Positions 1 to 9,969 of a stretch of 64,000 nucleotides of DNA are shown piece by piece. The position numbers and the translations under genes are program-made. The first letter of the stretch is position 1, and every line of letters starts with the position of its first letter. The notes beneath the pieces are model-generated. The model was not told where the DNA came from and did not search any database. It saw nothing but the letters and a program-made list of their open reading frames with translations. This DNA comes from an uncultured Nitrospiraceae bacterium (GTDB lineage: Bacteria; Nitrospirota; 9FT-COMBO-42-15; HDB-SIOI813): contig CAZTAM010000004.1 of assembly GCA_964611625.1 (NCBI GenBank), positions 81,138 to 145,137 of the forward strand, given 5' to 3'.

Positions 1-1111
1 ACTTTTCAAAGTACTCGGCATACCCATTTATATTAACTACTCTTGGTTTATCGTCTTCTCCCTTGTGGTATATACACTGGCGGTGAGTTATTTTCCTTAT
101 CTTGGCCCTTATTATGATCCTTTTATCCGGTGGATAATGGCCTTAATTGCGGCGCTAATCCTCTTTTCATCAATACTGCTGCACGAGCTATCACATTCAT
201 ATGTTGCACAGAAACAGGGCATTAAGATAAAGAGTATAACTCTATTTGTCTTCGGCGGCATAGCACAGATGGTTGGAGAAAGCCGTACGCCTTCAGGCGA
301 GATGAAAATAGCTGCGGCAGGACCAGCCCTCAGCCTTTTCATTTCAAGCATATTCTGGACTATAGTCTTTGTGTTTAAACGCGATATGGCAACATCTCCT
401 GTACTGGCAATTTCTTATTTCCTTGCATATACCAATATGATACTAGCTGTGTTCAATCTTATACCAGGCTTCCCCCTGGATGGCGGAAGGATGCTCAGGG
501 CTTTCATATGGAAACGTACCAATAACCTGAACAAGGCGACACTGATAACAAGCCGCATAGGCAAGGGGTTTGCCATCATGCTGATAATACTGGGACTATG
601 GGATCTTCTGCAGGGTGTGTTTATCAGCGGCCTGTGGCTGATATTCGTAGGAATGTTCCTTCAGCAGGCTGCTGATCAGGGATACAGGCAGACACTCCTG
701 CACCGCACACTGACATCAGTCAAGATCAGGAATATTATGGCATCTCCGGTAATAGTAATTCCTGAAGACATGACAATTGACCAGATTGTCAATGAATTTT
801 TCTTACGTTATCGTTACAACAGTTTTCCTGTTGTTTCAGGTGATACTCTCACAGGCCTTGTCTCTATTCATGACATTAAGGTTGTAGAAAAAGAAAAGTG
901 GCCTTATACTATTGTACGGGATATAATGCATAAGGATACTGCTGCCTTTACGATCTCACCTGAGAACGGAGCACTTGAAGCCCTGGATAAAATGACTGAC
1001 CGGCAGAGCGGCAGGCTTGTAGTAATTGAGGCCGGAAGGATTGTCGGCATGATCAGTCATCGTGATATAATGCAAATGCTTAAGGTAAAGGCAGACCTGG
1101 GAGCAGCGTAG
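1..1111 (+). CDS. Site-2 protease (M50 family zinc metalloprotease) with C-terminal CBS pair; 5' end truncated by the window edge
   Basis: HExxH motif (LHELSHS) inside a multi-TM region, followed by two CBS-like domains. The frame stays open back to position 2, so the GTG at 65 is probably internal. Confidence 0.75.
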   Translation, partial: LFKVLGIPIYINYSWFIVFSLVVYTLAVSYFPYLGPYYDPFIRWIMALIAALILFSSILLHELSHSYVAQKQGIKIKSITLFVFGGIAQMVGESRTPSGEMKIAAAGPALSLFISSIFWTIVFVFKRDMATSPVLAISYFLAYTNMILAVFNLIPGFPLDGGRMLRAFIWKRTNNLNKATLITSRIGKGFAIMLIILGLWDLLQGVFISGLWLIFVGMFLQQAADQGYRQTLLHRTLTSVKIRNIMASPVIVIPEDMTIDQIVNEFFLRYRYNSFPVVSGDTLTGLVSIHDIKVVEKEKWPYTIVRDIMHKDTAAFTISPENGALEALDKMTDRQSGRLVVIEAGRIVGMISHRDIMQMLKVKADLGAA

Positions 1112-1114
1112 ATA

Positions 1115-2602
1115 ATGAATAAGAATCTTAAAGTTCTTTATTGCACCCCTGAGGTGACCCCGTTTTCCAAGACAGGCGGGCTTGGAGATGTCTCAGGAAG
1201 TCTGCCCAGGGCACTCGCTGCAGCAGGTTGTGACGTCCGCATTATTACGCCTAAATATGCAGGGATCAATGAAACAACTTATAGTTTAAAGAAGGTTTTA
1301 GATGAAGTGCCGTTAAGTATCGGAAACAGGGAGGAGACAGGAAGCCTTTTCGAGGGTAGACTGCCAGGAAGTAAAGTCCCTGTCTATTTCGCAGGCTGCA
1401 GCAAATACTTCGACAGAAAAGAGCTTTATCAGGAAAATGGGAAGGACTATGAGGATAACCTTGAGAGATTCTCCTTCTTCTCCATGATGGCGCTTCATTC
1501 AATGGAAAAGCTGGGATGGCAGCCGGATATTATCCACTGCAATGACTGGCAGACGGCATTAATACCAGTTTACTTAAAGACCGTAATGAGAACCAGAAAA
1601 ACAGGTTCACTTTTTACAATACATAACATAGGATATCAGGGTCTGTTTAACGTGGAAAAACTTCCGGCTGCAGGTCTTGCCAGGGAACTTTTCAACATTA
1701 AAGGTCTTGAATTTTTTGGAAAGATTAATTTGCTTAAAGGAGGCATAATCTTTTCCGATATTGTAACCACTGTAAGCCCTTCCTATAGCAGGGAGATACA
1801 AACTGAAAAATATGGCCATGGACTTGAAGGGGTACTCAGGGAACGGGCTAAGGATCTTTATGGTATAATAAATGGCGTTGATTATGACGAATGGAATCCT
1901 TCACAAGATAGTCACATAGCTGTAAAATACAGCATCAAGACAATCGGCCGCAAGAAAAAGTGTAAAACAGAGCTGCAGAAAGTTTGCGGCCTGCCGGTTA
2001 CAAATAAACCTGTGATAGGTATGGTATCGAGACTGGACGACCATAAAGGATACGACATCCTTGCAGAAATAATGGATGAATTAATGCAGTTGGATATACA
2101 GATGATTATGCTGGGAACAGGAAAGGAAAAATATCAGGATATATTCAAAAAGTTTAAAAACAATTACCCTGATAAGCTCTCTCTGAATCTTTTCTTTGAT
2201 AATACATTGGCACACAAGATAGAGGCAGGTTCTGATTTATTTCTTATTCCTTCTAAATATGAACCATGCGGACTTAGTCAGCTCTATAGTTTTAAGTATG
2301 GGACTGTACCAGTCGCACATAAGACAGGGGGACTTGCAGATACTATAACTGATTTCATCCCCTCGACTATTGCCGATAAGAAGGCCACTGGTTTCCTCTT
2401 CAGCCACTACGACCCGGATGCCCTGTTAAAGGCAGTAATGCTCTCACTCTGCACGTACGAAGATAAGGCAGCATGGAAAAAACTTGTTACGGCAGGAATG
2501 AAATCAGATTATTCCTGGAAACAGTCGTCTGAAGAATATACAGAGCTTTATGAAAAGTCACTGCTGAAGGTTCGTGAGATGAACCCCCACGCTGCGACGT
2601 AA
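1115..2602 (+). CDS. glgA: Glycogen synthase (ADP-glucose type)
   Basis: N-terminal KTGGLGDV motif, GT5/GT1 architecture, 495 aa. Confidence 0.85.
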   Translation: MNKNLKVLYCTPEVTPFSKTGGLGDVSGSLPRALAAAGCDVRIITPKYAGINETTYSLKKVLDEVPLSIGNREETGSLFEGRLPGSKVPVYFAGCSKYFDRKELYQENGKDYEDNLERFSFFSMMALHSMEKLGWQPDIIHCNDWQTALIPVYLKTVMRTRKTGSLFTIHNIGYQGLFNVEKLPAAGLARELFNIKGLEFFGKINLLKGGIIFSDIVTTVSPSYSREIQTEKYGHGLEGVLRERAKDLYGIINGVDYDEWNPSQDSHIAVKYSIKTIGRKKKCKTELQKVCGLPVTNKPVIGMVSRLDDHKGYDILAEIMDELMQLDIQMIMLGTGKEKYQDIFKKFKNNYPDKLSLNLFFDNTLAHKIEAGSDLFLIPSKYEPCGLSQLYSFKYGTVPVAHKTGGLADTITDFIPSTIADKKATGFLFSHYDPDALLKAVMLSLCTYEDKAAWKKLVTAGMKSDYSWKQSSEEYTELYEKSLLKVREMNPHAAT

Positions 2603-2636
2603 CCGGATAACGGAAGAATTCAAAGGAGGAATTTAT

Positions 2637-3665
2637 ATGAACATAGGCATTCTTACAGGTGGAGGTGATTGTCCCGGGCTTAATTCGGTAATCAGAGCAG
2701 TTGTAAGAAAGACTTCCAAGATGGGACATCAGGTAGTAGGAATCAGGGACGGATGGAAAGGATTGATAGAGCTTAACTGTACTGAACTTGACAAAGAGTC
2801 TGTATCAGGAATACTCCATTTAGGGGGTACAATACTTGGCACATCAAGGACAAACCCATTCGCCAAAGAAGGCGGCCCTCAGAAGGTTGTTGATAATATT
2901 AAAAAATTAGGTCTCGATGCACTCGTTGCTATCGGCGGCGATGATACACTGGGTGTAGCTCATAAACTCTACGGCATGGGAATAAATACCATAGGTGTAC
3001 CCAAGACCATTGATAATGACCTTTCAGCAACAGATTTTACATTTGGTTTCGACTCAGCCGTAAATATAGTAATGAATGCCCTCGATAATCTGCATAGTAC
3101 AGCGGAATCTCACCACAGGGTATTAGTTGTAGAGGTTATGGGCAGACATGCCGGATGGATTGCCACATATGGAGGACTCGCCGGCGGCGCTGACTTCATA
3201 CTAATACCTGAGAAACCTTTCACTATTGATGAAGTATGTGAGAGCATAAAAAGGAGGCAGGCATCAGGACGGAAATTCAGTATAATTGTTGCTGCAGAGG
3301 GGGCAGTACTTGGTGAGTCGGAAACAGCGATTACAAAAGATGCCAAAAAAGATGCCTTCGGTCATGTAATGCTTGGCGGCATAGGAAAGTTCTTATGTAC
3401 AGAAATTGAAAAACGGACCGGGGCGGAGTGCAGGGATGTAGTCCTTGGGCATCTGCAGCGCGGAGGAAGCCCTACGGCCTATGACAGGATACTTGCCACT
3501 CGATACGGAATAGCCGCTGTTGATCTTATAGAAAAGAAGGACTTTGGAAAGATGGTTGCACTCAGGGGGAACCAGATAGTTGCTGTCAGCCTTGAAGAAG
3601 GAATTCAAAGGGCCAAAACCGTTGATATGGATATATACAAAATTGCAGAGACATTTTTCGGATAG
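2637..3665 (+). CDS. pfkA: 6-phosphofructokinase (ATP- or PPi-dependent)
   Basis: GGDCPGLN, GGDDTLGVA and MGRHAGW motifs typical of the PFK A family. Confidence 0.85.
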   Translation: MNIGILTGGGDCPGLNSVIRAVVRKTSKMGHQVVGIRDGWKGLIELNCTELDKESVSGILHLGGTILGTSRTNPFAKEGGPQKVVDNIKKLGLDALVAIGGDDTLGVAHKLYGMGINTIGVPKTIDNDLSATDFTFGFDSAVNIVMNALDNLHSTAESHHRVLVVEVMGRHAGWIATYGGLAGGADFILIPEKPFTIDEVCESIKRRQASGRKFSIIVAAEGAVLGESETAITKDAKKDAFGHVMLGGIGKFLCTEIEKRTGAECRDVVLGHLQRGGSPTAYDRILATRYGIAAVDLIEKKDFGKMVALRGNQIVAVSLEEGIQRAKTVDMDIYKIAETFFG

Positions 3666-3682
3666 AGGGTGCGTATTTTCGG

Positions 3683-3964
3683 GTGAAAATCAGGGTGCAT
3701 CTATTTATCAGCGGCACGGTACAGGGTGTATTCTTCCGGGACTCGGCCAAACAAATCGCCCAGTCCATGGGGATTACCGGCTATGTTGGAAACCTGCAGG
3801 ATGGACGAGTTGAGTTAGTAGCTGAAGGAGAAAAGGAATCAGTTGATAAACTTGTCAAGTGGTGCTTTAAGGGGCCTCCTGCAGCTAAAGTCGTTTCTGT
3901 AGATATAGAAGAAAAAGATTATAAGGGTCACTTTGACCGGTTTGAAGTGAAGAGATCACTTTGA
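3683..3964 (+). CDS. acyP: Acylphosphatase
   Basis: VQGVFFR and GYVGNLQDGRVE signatures; 93 aa. Confidence 0.8.
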   Translation: MKIRVHLFISGTVQGVFFRDSAKQIAQSMGITGYVGNLQDGRVELVAEGEKESVDKLVKWCFKGPPAAKVVSVDIEEKDYKGHFDRFEVKRSL

Positions 3965-3983
3965 CGATAATGGGGGTCATTAA

Positions 3984-6170
3984 TTGAAGAAGATCAACTT
4001 TGCAATGGCATTGCACTTTCATCAGCCTGTTGACAACTTTGACAGCGTATTTAAAGAAGCATATGAAAAAAGTTACAAGCCATTCATTGATGTCCTTGAG
4101 AACTTTCCGGATATAAAAGTTACCCTGCATTATTCAGGAAGCCTTCTTGAATGGATAGAGTCAAACAGGCCTGAGCTTATAAAGAGAATAGGTGATTTAG
4201 TCGCAAGGGGTCAGGTAGAAATGATGACCGGCGGGTTCTATGAACCAATATTGTGCGTAATACCGCGGCGTGATTCCATCGGACAGATAAGCATGATGAC
4301 GGAATATATTAAAACCAAATTCCATGCTGAATCCAAAGGGCTTTGGCTCACGGAACGGGTATGGGAGCCTCATCTGCCGAGCCTGCTTCATGATTCCGGC
4401 ATCAGGTATTTAATTATTGACGATATCCATTTTCGTTATGCAGGACTTTCAGAAAATGAGCTGTACGGTTATTATTCAACAGAGGATGAAGGAAAGGTGG
4501 TATACCTCTTTCCATCCAGTGAGAGGTTAAGATATTCGATCCCTTTCAGAGAAGTACATGAAACTATAGATTATCTCAGCAGTGTTGCAACGGAAGATGG
4601 CGGCCGTGTTCTTGTATATGGTGATGATGGAGAAAAGTTCGGTCTGTGGCCGGATACATATAACTGGGTCTTTAACGAGAAGTGGCTTGAACGTTTTTTT
4701 GAAACCCTGAGCCGTGAGTCTTCATGGATAAACCTCATAACTGTCAGTGAGGCTGCAGAAAAAATCAGGCCCAGTGGAAATGTATACATACCTACGGCAT
4801 CTTACAGAGAAATGATGGAATGGGCTTTGCCTGCAGACAGCGGAGCTCATTTTGAAAATGTTCTTCAGGAGATACGAAACAGCGGTAAAGAAGTTTATTA
4901 TTCCCCATTCATCCGCGGGGGCTTCTGGCGAAATTTTCTTGAGAAGTACGCTGAATCCAACAACATGCACAAAAAGATGCTCAGGGTAAGCCATAAGGTA
5001 TCAGAACTCACTGATGGAAGCGACAAACCAATAAGCCCCGACTATATAGGAAAATGCGTTGCAAGAAAAGGCAAAGGACTGCCGCCTAACATTTACGAGG
5101 CCTACCTGGAGCTATGGCGGGGACAGGTGAACTGCCCGTACTGGCATGGAATTTTCGGTGGATTGTACCTGGGACATCTCAGGTCAGCAGTATACAAACA
5201 CCTTATCAGGGCTGAACGGATCTCGGATGAATCAAGGCAGGGACTGACCAACTGGATAGAAGTTGAAAACTATGATTTCGATTGCGACGGGAATAATGAG
5301 GTTTTAGTGACGACTCCGGTAATTTCCCTTGTCATTGATGCCAGTAAAGGAGGGGTGATCTCCGAGTTTGACTACAGGCCGGCATCATTTAATATTCTCA
5401 ATACACTGGCAAGAAGACCTGAAGTCTATCATAAAAAGATAATTTCTTCGAATAATCAGAGTCACACTGAGGGGGGCCCGTCATCAATACACGACATATC
5501 AAGATTCAAAGAAGCTGACCTCCACCTTCATCTGCATTATGACAGTTATCGAAGGGGAATGATGATAGACCACATATTCGGCAATGACACAACACTGGAG
5601 TCTGTAATGCAGAACCGGCATGAGGATGCCGGAGGATTTCCATATGCACCATATGACTCGTCAATAGAAAATGTGAGGAATGGAAAGATTGTAGTACTTG
5701 AGGGAGAGGGAGTCATAGATGGAACAAAGATCTGCATTAAAAAGAAAATCAAAATCGGGAATGGAAGCCCTGATCTGGAGATCAGTTATTCAATAAAACA
5801 TAAGTCAGGTGAACCTCGTGATCTATGGTTCGGCCCTGAATTTAATTTTGCCATGCTGGATGGCAGAACTGACGCCTGCAGGTATTACACAGAAGGCGGT
5901 TATCTTGAAGACTCGGGTCAGACCAGCAGGGGTGAGAGCAGAGACACATCATTCTTCGGCATTGAAAACAGATTAATAGCAATCAATTTCGGACTAACCT
6001 TTTCCGAGGCCTGCACACTCTGGAGATTTCCTGTTGAGACGGTCTCCCAATCTGAAAGTGGATTTGAAAAAGAATACCAGAGCTCTGTCCTTATTCCACA
6101 CTGGAAATTTTCTCTTAAACAGGGAAGTGAATGGATAGTAGGGATAAAACTTACCATAAGGGATATTTGA
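3984..6170 (+). CDS. Glycoside hydrolase family 57 protein (alpha-amylase, 4-alpha-glucanotransferase or branching enzyme type)
   Basis: N-terminal ALHFHQP motif and overall GH57 catalytic-domain pattern, 728 aa. The TTG at 3984 is taken as start; the ATG at 4005 is an alternative. Confidence 0.7.
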   Translation: MKKINFAMALHFHQPVDNFDSVFKEAYEKSYKPFIDVLENFPDIKVTLHYSGSLLEWIESNRPELIKRIGDLVARGQVEMMTGGFYEPILCVIPRRDSIGQISMMTEYIKTKFHAESKGLWLTERVWEPHLPSLLHDSGIRYLIIDDIHFRYAGLSENELYGYYSTEDEGKVVYLFPSSERLRYSIPFREVHETIDYLSSVATEDGGRVLVYGDDGEKFGLWPDTYNWVFNEKWLERFFETLSRESSWINLITVSEAAEKIRPSGNVYIPTASYREMMEWALPADSGAHFENVLQEIRNSGKEVYYSPFIRGGFWRNFLEKYAESNNMHKKMLRVSHKVSELTDGSDKPISPDYIGKCVARKGKGLPPNIYEAYLELWRGQVNCPYWHGIFGGLYLGHLRSAVYKHLIRAERISDESRQGLTNWIEVENYDFDCDGNNEVLVTTPVISLVIDASKGGVISEFDYRPASFNILNTLARRPEVYHKKIISSNNQSHTEGGPSSIHDISRFKEADLHLHLHYDSYRRGMMIDHIFGNDTTLESVMQNRHEDAGGFPYAPYDSSIENVRNGKIVVLEGEGVIDGTKICIKKKIKIGNGSPDLEISYSIKHKSGEPRDLWFGPEFNFAMLDGRTDACRYYTEGGYLEDSGQTSRGESRDTSFFGIENRLIAINFGLTFSEACTLWRFPVETVSQSESGFEKEYQSSVLIPHWKFSLKQGSEWIVGIKLTIRDI

Positions 6171-6289
6171 TCCCTCATGACCGCATCCACCCATATTGAG
6201 ACTTCAGACCTCAGAAGATTAACACATTAAACAGGGCACGGTTAATCATGCTGAAGCCTGAAGTCGCCACTGGTAAGACTTACTGCAAA

Positions 6290-6562
6290 TCAGCCTCTCT
6301 CAGTAAAAGGTATTAAAGCAATGTTGCGGGCACGCTTTATAGCGGTGTTAAGCTCCCTCTGATGCGCTGCACATACGCCGGAAATTCGTCGCGGCATGAT
6401 CTTTCCTCTATCAGAGATATAACCCCTCAATGTCTGTAAGTCTTTGTAATCTATCACAGGGACCTTATCTGTACAAAATCTGCAGACCTTCCGTCTGTAA
6501 TAAGGTTTAAACTCCCTGTCTTCCCTGTCACCCCGATCACTACGATCTCCACGCTCTCCCAT
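6290..6562 (-). CDS. rpsR: 30S ribosomal protein S18, with a charged N-terminal extension
   Basis: Conserved RRKVCRFC...[10 protein letters not shown] core. GGAG Shine-Dalgarno 9 nt upstream of the ATG. The extra N-terminal stretch is [16 protein letters not shown]. Confidence 0.9.
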   Translation of the reverse strand: MGERGDRSDRGDREDREFKPYYRRKVCRFCTDKVPVIDYKDLQTLRGYISDRGKIMPRRISGVCAAHQRELNTAIKRARNIALIPFTERG

Positions 6563-6580
6563 TATTTCTCCTTTATTTAA

Positions 6581-7006
6581 TTAAAATGGTGTCTCATCAT
6601 CACTAACATCATTAAATGCACCGCCTGAACCGGAGCTGCCACCCTCTTCAGGCACAAAGTCATGCGGAACAGTGCCCTGACGTTTAGGCATAAATTGTAC
6701 ACTCTGCGCCACCACCTCCATCCTGCTCCTCTTCTGACCTTCTTCTGTCTCCCAACGCCTTTGCTGCAATCTCCCGTCAATAAGGACAGAGTCTCCCTTA
6801 TTAATATACTGACTGCAACTCTCGGCCTGTTTTCCAAACACAACTATGTCTATATAACAGACTTCATCCTTAATATCCCCTCCCTGCTTGAAGCGCCGGT
6901 TCACAGCAAGCGAAAAATTCGCAACAGCAGTACCATTTGGGGTATAACGGATTTCAGGGTCTTTCGTAAGATTCCCCAGGAGAATTACCTTATTGAATCC
7001 GCTCAT
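6581..7006 (-). CDS. ssb: Single-stranded DNA-binding protein
   Basis: OB-fold N-terminus (VILLGNLTKDPEIRYT), Gly-rich linker, acidic C-terminal tail DDETPF. Confidence 0.9.
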   Translation of the reverse strand: MSGFNKVILLGNLTKDPEIRYTPNGTAVANFSLAVNRRFKQGGDIKDEVCYIDIVVFGKQAESCSQYINKGDSVLIDGRLQQRRWETEEGQKRSRMEVVAQSVQFMPKRQGTVPHDFVPEEGGSSGSGGAFNDVSDDETPF

Positions 7007-7087
7007 TGCACTTCCCTCCCTTTATAAGTGCAGAGTGCAGAATGCGGAATTTAATTAATTCCGGATTCCGCATCCCTATAGCCGCAC

Positions 7088-7468
7088 TTAAGCAGTGCTT
7101 CCTTCCTCTTTATCTCTTGCAGTTCTGTCATGAGATGCAGCAGCAGCGGCAGCCGCCTCTTTCTTCTTTAACTGCTCTATCTCTTTTTTATTTAATTTCA
7201 CAGTCAGGAATTTAATGACATTTTCATCAATCCTGTAGTTCCTCTCAAGCTCTGAGTTAATGTCACCCTTTCCCTGGAAACGAAGGAGGATATAGACTCC
7301 CCTCTTTTCCTTTGCTACCTCATAGGCAAGTTTTTTCTTCCCCCAGTTTTCAGTAGTAAGAAGCTCGGCGCCTTGTTTCACAATGCCTTCCATTTTACCT
7401 ACTGTCTTCTGGATATCCTCATCGCTGACAGAGGACTTCAGGATAAATATAGACTCATATATGTTCAA
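7088..7468 (-). CDS. rpsF: 30S ribosomal protein S6
   Basis: S6 fold motifs (YESIFILK...ENWGKKKLAY). Probable TTG start giving MNIYES, with a GGAGG Shine-Dalgarno 8 nt upstream. The ORF-track GTG at 7477 sits directly against that Shine-Dalgarno. Confidence 0.85.
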   Translation of the reverse strand: MNIYESIFILKSSVSDEDIQKTVGKMEGIVKQGAELLTTENWGKKKLAYEVAKEKRGVYILLRFQGKGDINSELERNYRIDENVIKFLTVKLNKKEIEQLKKKEAAAAAAASHDRTARDKEEGSTA

Positions 7469-7564
7469 TGTTTTCACCTCCTTCCGGGTTTAATAGCCCT
7501 GTTTATAAAAAAACAGAGCAAGGAGAAATGGTATGATGTTACTTTAATAATACGTATGTATTAA

Positions 7565-8584
7565 TTAAGCAGCTCTGATAACCCTCTCCGTCTGTGTCTT
7601 ATTTTTTGGCTGAGAAGAGAGCATCTCTATGACCCTCGGCGGGCATTTGTCAGCACATATGGTACAACCGATACATTTGACAGGATCAACAACATGCAAT
7701 TGCTTTGATTCTCCTGATATAGCATCAACCGGGCAGACCTTCTTGCAGATCAGGCAGCCAATGCACTCTTCATGCACATATGCCACCTCTCTAACAGGAA
7801 TAAGGTCAGATATAATATTTGTCGGACAAACAGGAACACATAACCCGCAACCAGTACATTTATCATAGTCAATTCGCGCAAGGAAACTGTCTATAGTAAT
7901 GGCATCATAGGGGCAAACCTTATCGCATTTGTTGCAGGAGATACATCCGACGCTGCATACCTTCTTTGTATCAGCTCCTTTATCCAGCGAACGGCAGAAG
8001 ATATGAACATCCTTATTTTCAGGTACAAGCTCAATTAGATTCTTGGGACAAGGCGGGATACACAACCCACAGCCAGTACATTTATCATCTATTACAACCG
8101 GAAGCCCGTTCTTGCTCATATACATGGCATCAAAGGGACATGCCTTCACGCAACTTGCCAGACCGAGGCAGCCATAGACACAACTCTTGGAACCCCCGGA
8201 TATAAGGACAGCCGCATTACAATCCTGTATGCCGTGATATTCAAATTTCTCTGTTGCCTCCTGTTGTCCGCCAAGGCAGTAAACGCGTGCAAGCATCCTT
8301 TCCGGCATCTCCGGGGCAGTAACGCCCATTACAGCAGAGATCTTCTTTGTTAAAGCGGCTCCGCCAGGCGGACACCCGCTGACAGGGGCCTTACCTTCCG
8401 CGACAGCCATTGCAAACCCCAGGCATCCGGGAAATCCACATGCCCCGCAATTTGCATGAGGCAGAAAACTATCAATTTCCGAAACCTTGGGGTCAACTTG
8501 AACGGCAAACTTCCTGGCCGCAATCCCAAGCCCCAGACTTGCCAGAGCACCCATGGCACTCATTGTTATGATAGCATCTAACAT
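7565..8584 (-). CDS. rnfB: Rnf complex subunit B (long form with extra 4Fe-4S ferredoxin domains)
   Basis: N-terminal TM segment, a Cys-rich Fe-S domain (CGACGFPGC) and multiple CxxCxxCxxxCP motifs. Confidence 0.8.
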   Translation of the reverse strand: MLDAIITMSAMGALASLGLGIAARKFAVQVDPKVSEIDSFLPHANCGACGFPGCLGFAMAVAEGKAPVSGCPPGGAALTKKISAVMGVTAPEMPERMLARVYCLGGQQEATEKFEYHGIQDCNAAVLISGGSKSCVYGCLGLASCVKACPFDAMYMSKNGLPVVIDDKCTGCGLCIPPCPKNLIELVPENKDVHIFCRSLDKGADTKKVCSVGCISCNKCDKVCPYDAITIDSFLARIDYDKCTGCGLCVPVCPTNIISDLIPVREVAYVHEECIGCLICKKVCPVDAISGESKQLHVVDPVKCIGCTICADKCPPRVIEMLSSQPKNKTQTERVIRAA

Positions 8585-8674
8585 ATTAACCTCTTTCAGA
8601 CCTCTTGATATATTTCCCGATTTAAACCTTCAACTATATATTATAAACTATTTATACTTATATGAGCAACTCTT

Positions 8675-9265
8675 TTACATCTTCACCAAGCCTGCAAATC
8701 CTAAAAATGCGAGAGACATCAGCCCTGCAGTAACCAGTGCCATTGGTGTTCCCTGCAATACCCTGGGTATTCTTGCATGAATAGTCTGTTCACGAATTCC
8801 TGCCATCAGCAGCAAGGCGATAGTGAACCCAATTGAAGCGCCTACTGCAAAGAAGAGCGTCGGGAAAAAATCCATCTCCTTCTGAACGACAAGCAGCGCA
8901 GCACCCAGCACTGCACAATTCGTCGTTATCAAAGGCAGAAATATTCCGAGAGAATTATAAAGAGCAGGACTGGTCTTACGTATAACCATCTCCACAAATT
9001 GCACCAGTGTTGCAATGACAAGAATAAACACTATAGTTCTAAGATAAACAAGATCAAACGGTACAAGCACAAACCTTTCTATTATCCAAGAAGTAAGAGA
9101 TGCAAGTGTCATAACAAATACCACAGCCATTCCCATTCCAATGCTTGTTTCAATCCTGGCGGATACACCAAGAAACGGGCATATCCCGAGAAAACGCGCA
9201 AGAACGAAATTTGTTACAAATATTGTACTTACAAGTATAAGCAATATTTCAACGACACCATCCAT
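8675..9265 (-). CDS. rnfA: Rnf complex subunit A
   Basis: About 195-aa polytopic membrane protein with FLGICPFLGVS-type RnfA/NqrE family signature. Confidence 0.85.
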   Translation of the reverse strand: MDGVVEILLILVSTIFVTNFVLARFLGICPFLGVSARIETSIGMGMAVVFVMTLASLTSWIIERFVLVPFDLVYLRTIVFILVIATLVQFVEMVIRKTSPALYNSLGIFLPLITTNCAVLGAALLVVQKEMDFFPTLFFAVGASIGFTIALLLMAGIREQTIHARIPRVLQGTPMALVTAGLMSLAFLGFAGLVKM

Positions 9266-9267
9266 CC

Positions 9268-9969
9268 CTATTTCCTCACCTTTCTCTTCTCTTCTATCAT
9301 GTTGACAAATGCGACCAGGAGGCCCAGACCGATAAAAGCCCCTGGTGGCAATATCATTACTATCATAGGCTGGTATTCATAGTTAAATAGTTCCATGATA
9401 CCGGTAAGTACAGGTATATCAAACCATGTTCCATTGCCAAGTATCTCCCGCAATGAACCGAGTAAAGCGAGAACCATGGTAAATCCTATACCCATACCGA
9501 GTCCGTCTGAAATAGATCTGATAATCGTGTTCTTTGATGCAAACGCCTCTGCCCTCGCAAGCACCAGACAATTCACCACAATAAGTGGAATAAATATACC
9601 CAGGGCCTGATGCAACTCAGGAACAAATGCCGCCATCATCAGGTCGGTAACTGTAACAAATGATGCTATAACTATAATGAAGGCAGGGATCCTGATCATA
9701 TCCGGTATAATCTTCCGAAATATGGAAACCATGATATTGGATGATATCAGAACAAAGGCAGTCGCGACACCCATACCGACTCCATTTACCGCAGAGGTTG
9801 TAACGGCAAGTGTCGGACACAATCCAAGCATTATGCGGGATAGCGGCATCTCTTCCCACAGCCCTTTAACAAAGTCTCCGGCAAGTTCTTTAAGATTGAT
9901 CAGTGACGGGGTACTTACAACCGGTTGAACATCCGCAATATCTGAAGACATCATTTCCCTATCCGCCAT
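9268..9969 (-). CDS. rnfE: Rnf complex subunit E
   Basis: LGLCPTLAVTT motif, RnfE/NqrD family, 233 aa. Confidence 0.85.
   Translation of the reverse strand: MADREMMSSDIADVQPVVSTPSLINLKELAGDFVKGLWEEMPLSRIMLGLCPTLAVTTSAVNGVGMGVATAFVLISSNIMVSIFRKIIPDMIRIPAFIIVIASFVTVTDLMMAAFVPELHQALGIFIPLIVVNCLVLARAEAFASKNTIIRSISDGLGMGIGFTMVLALLGSLREILGNGTWFDIPVLTGIMELFNYEYQPMIVMILPPGAFIGLGLLVAFVNMIEEKRKVRK

Noticed and set aside
7478-7564. Possible S6:S18 autoregulatory leader or rnfB terminator in the 87-nt rpsF upstream region.
   Set aside because: I see only a short CTGTTT/AAACAG stem with the T-run inside the loop. It fits neither the CCG-bulge S6:S18 leader motif nor a standard intrinsic terminator well enough to call.
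8999-9382. 127-aa plus-strand ORF rich in Cys, His and Lys (MHQCCNDKNKHY…).
   Set aside because: It lies entirely antisense to rnfA/rnfE. Its composition reflects the reverse complement of a membrane-protein gene. It has no Shine-Dalgarno.
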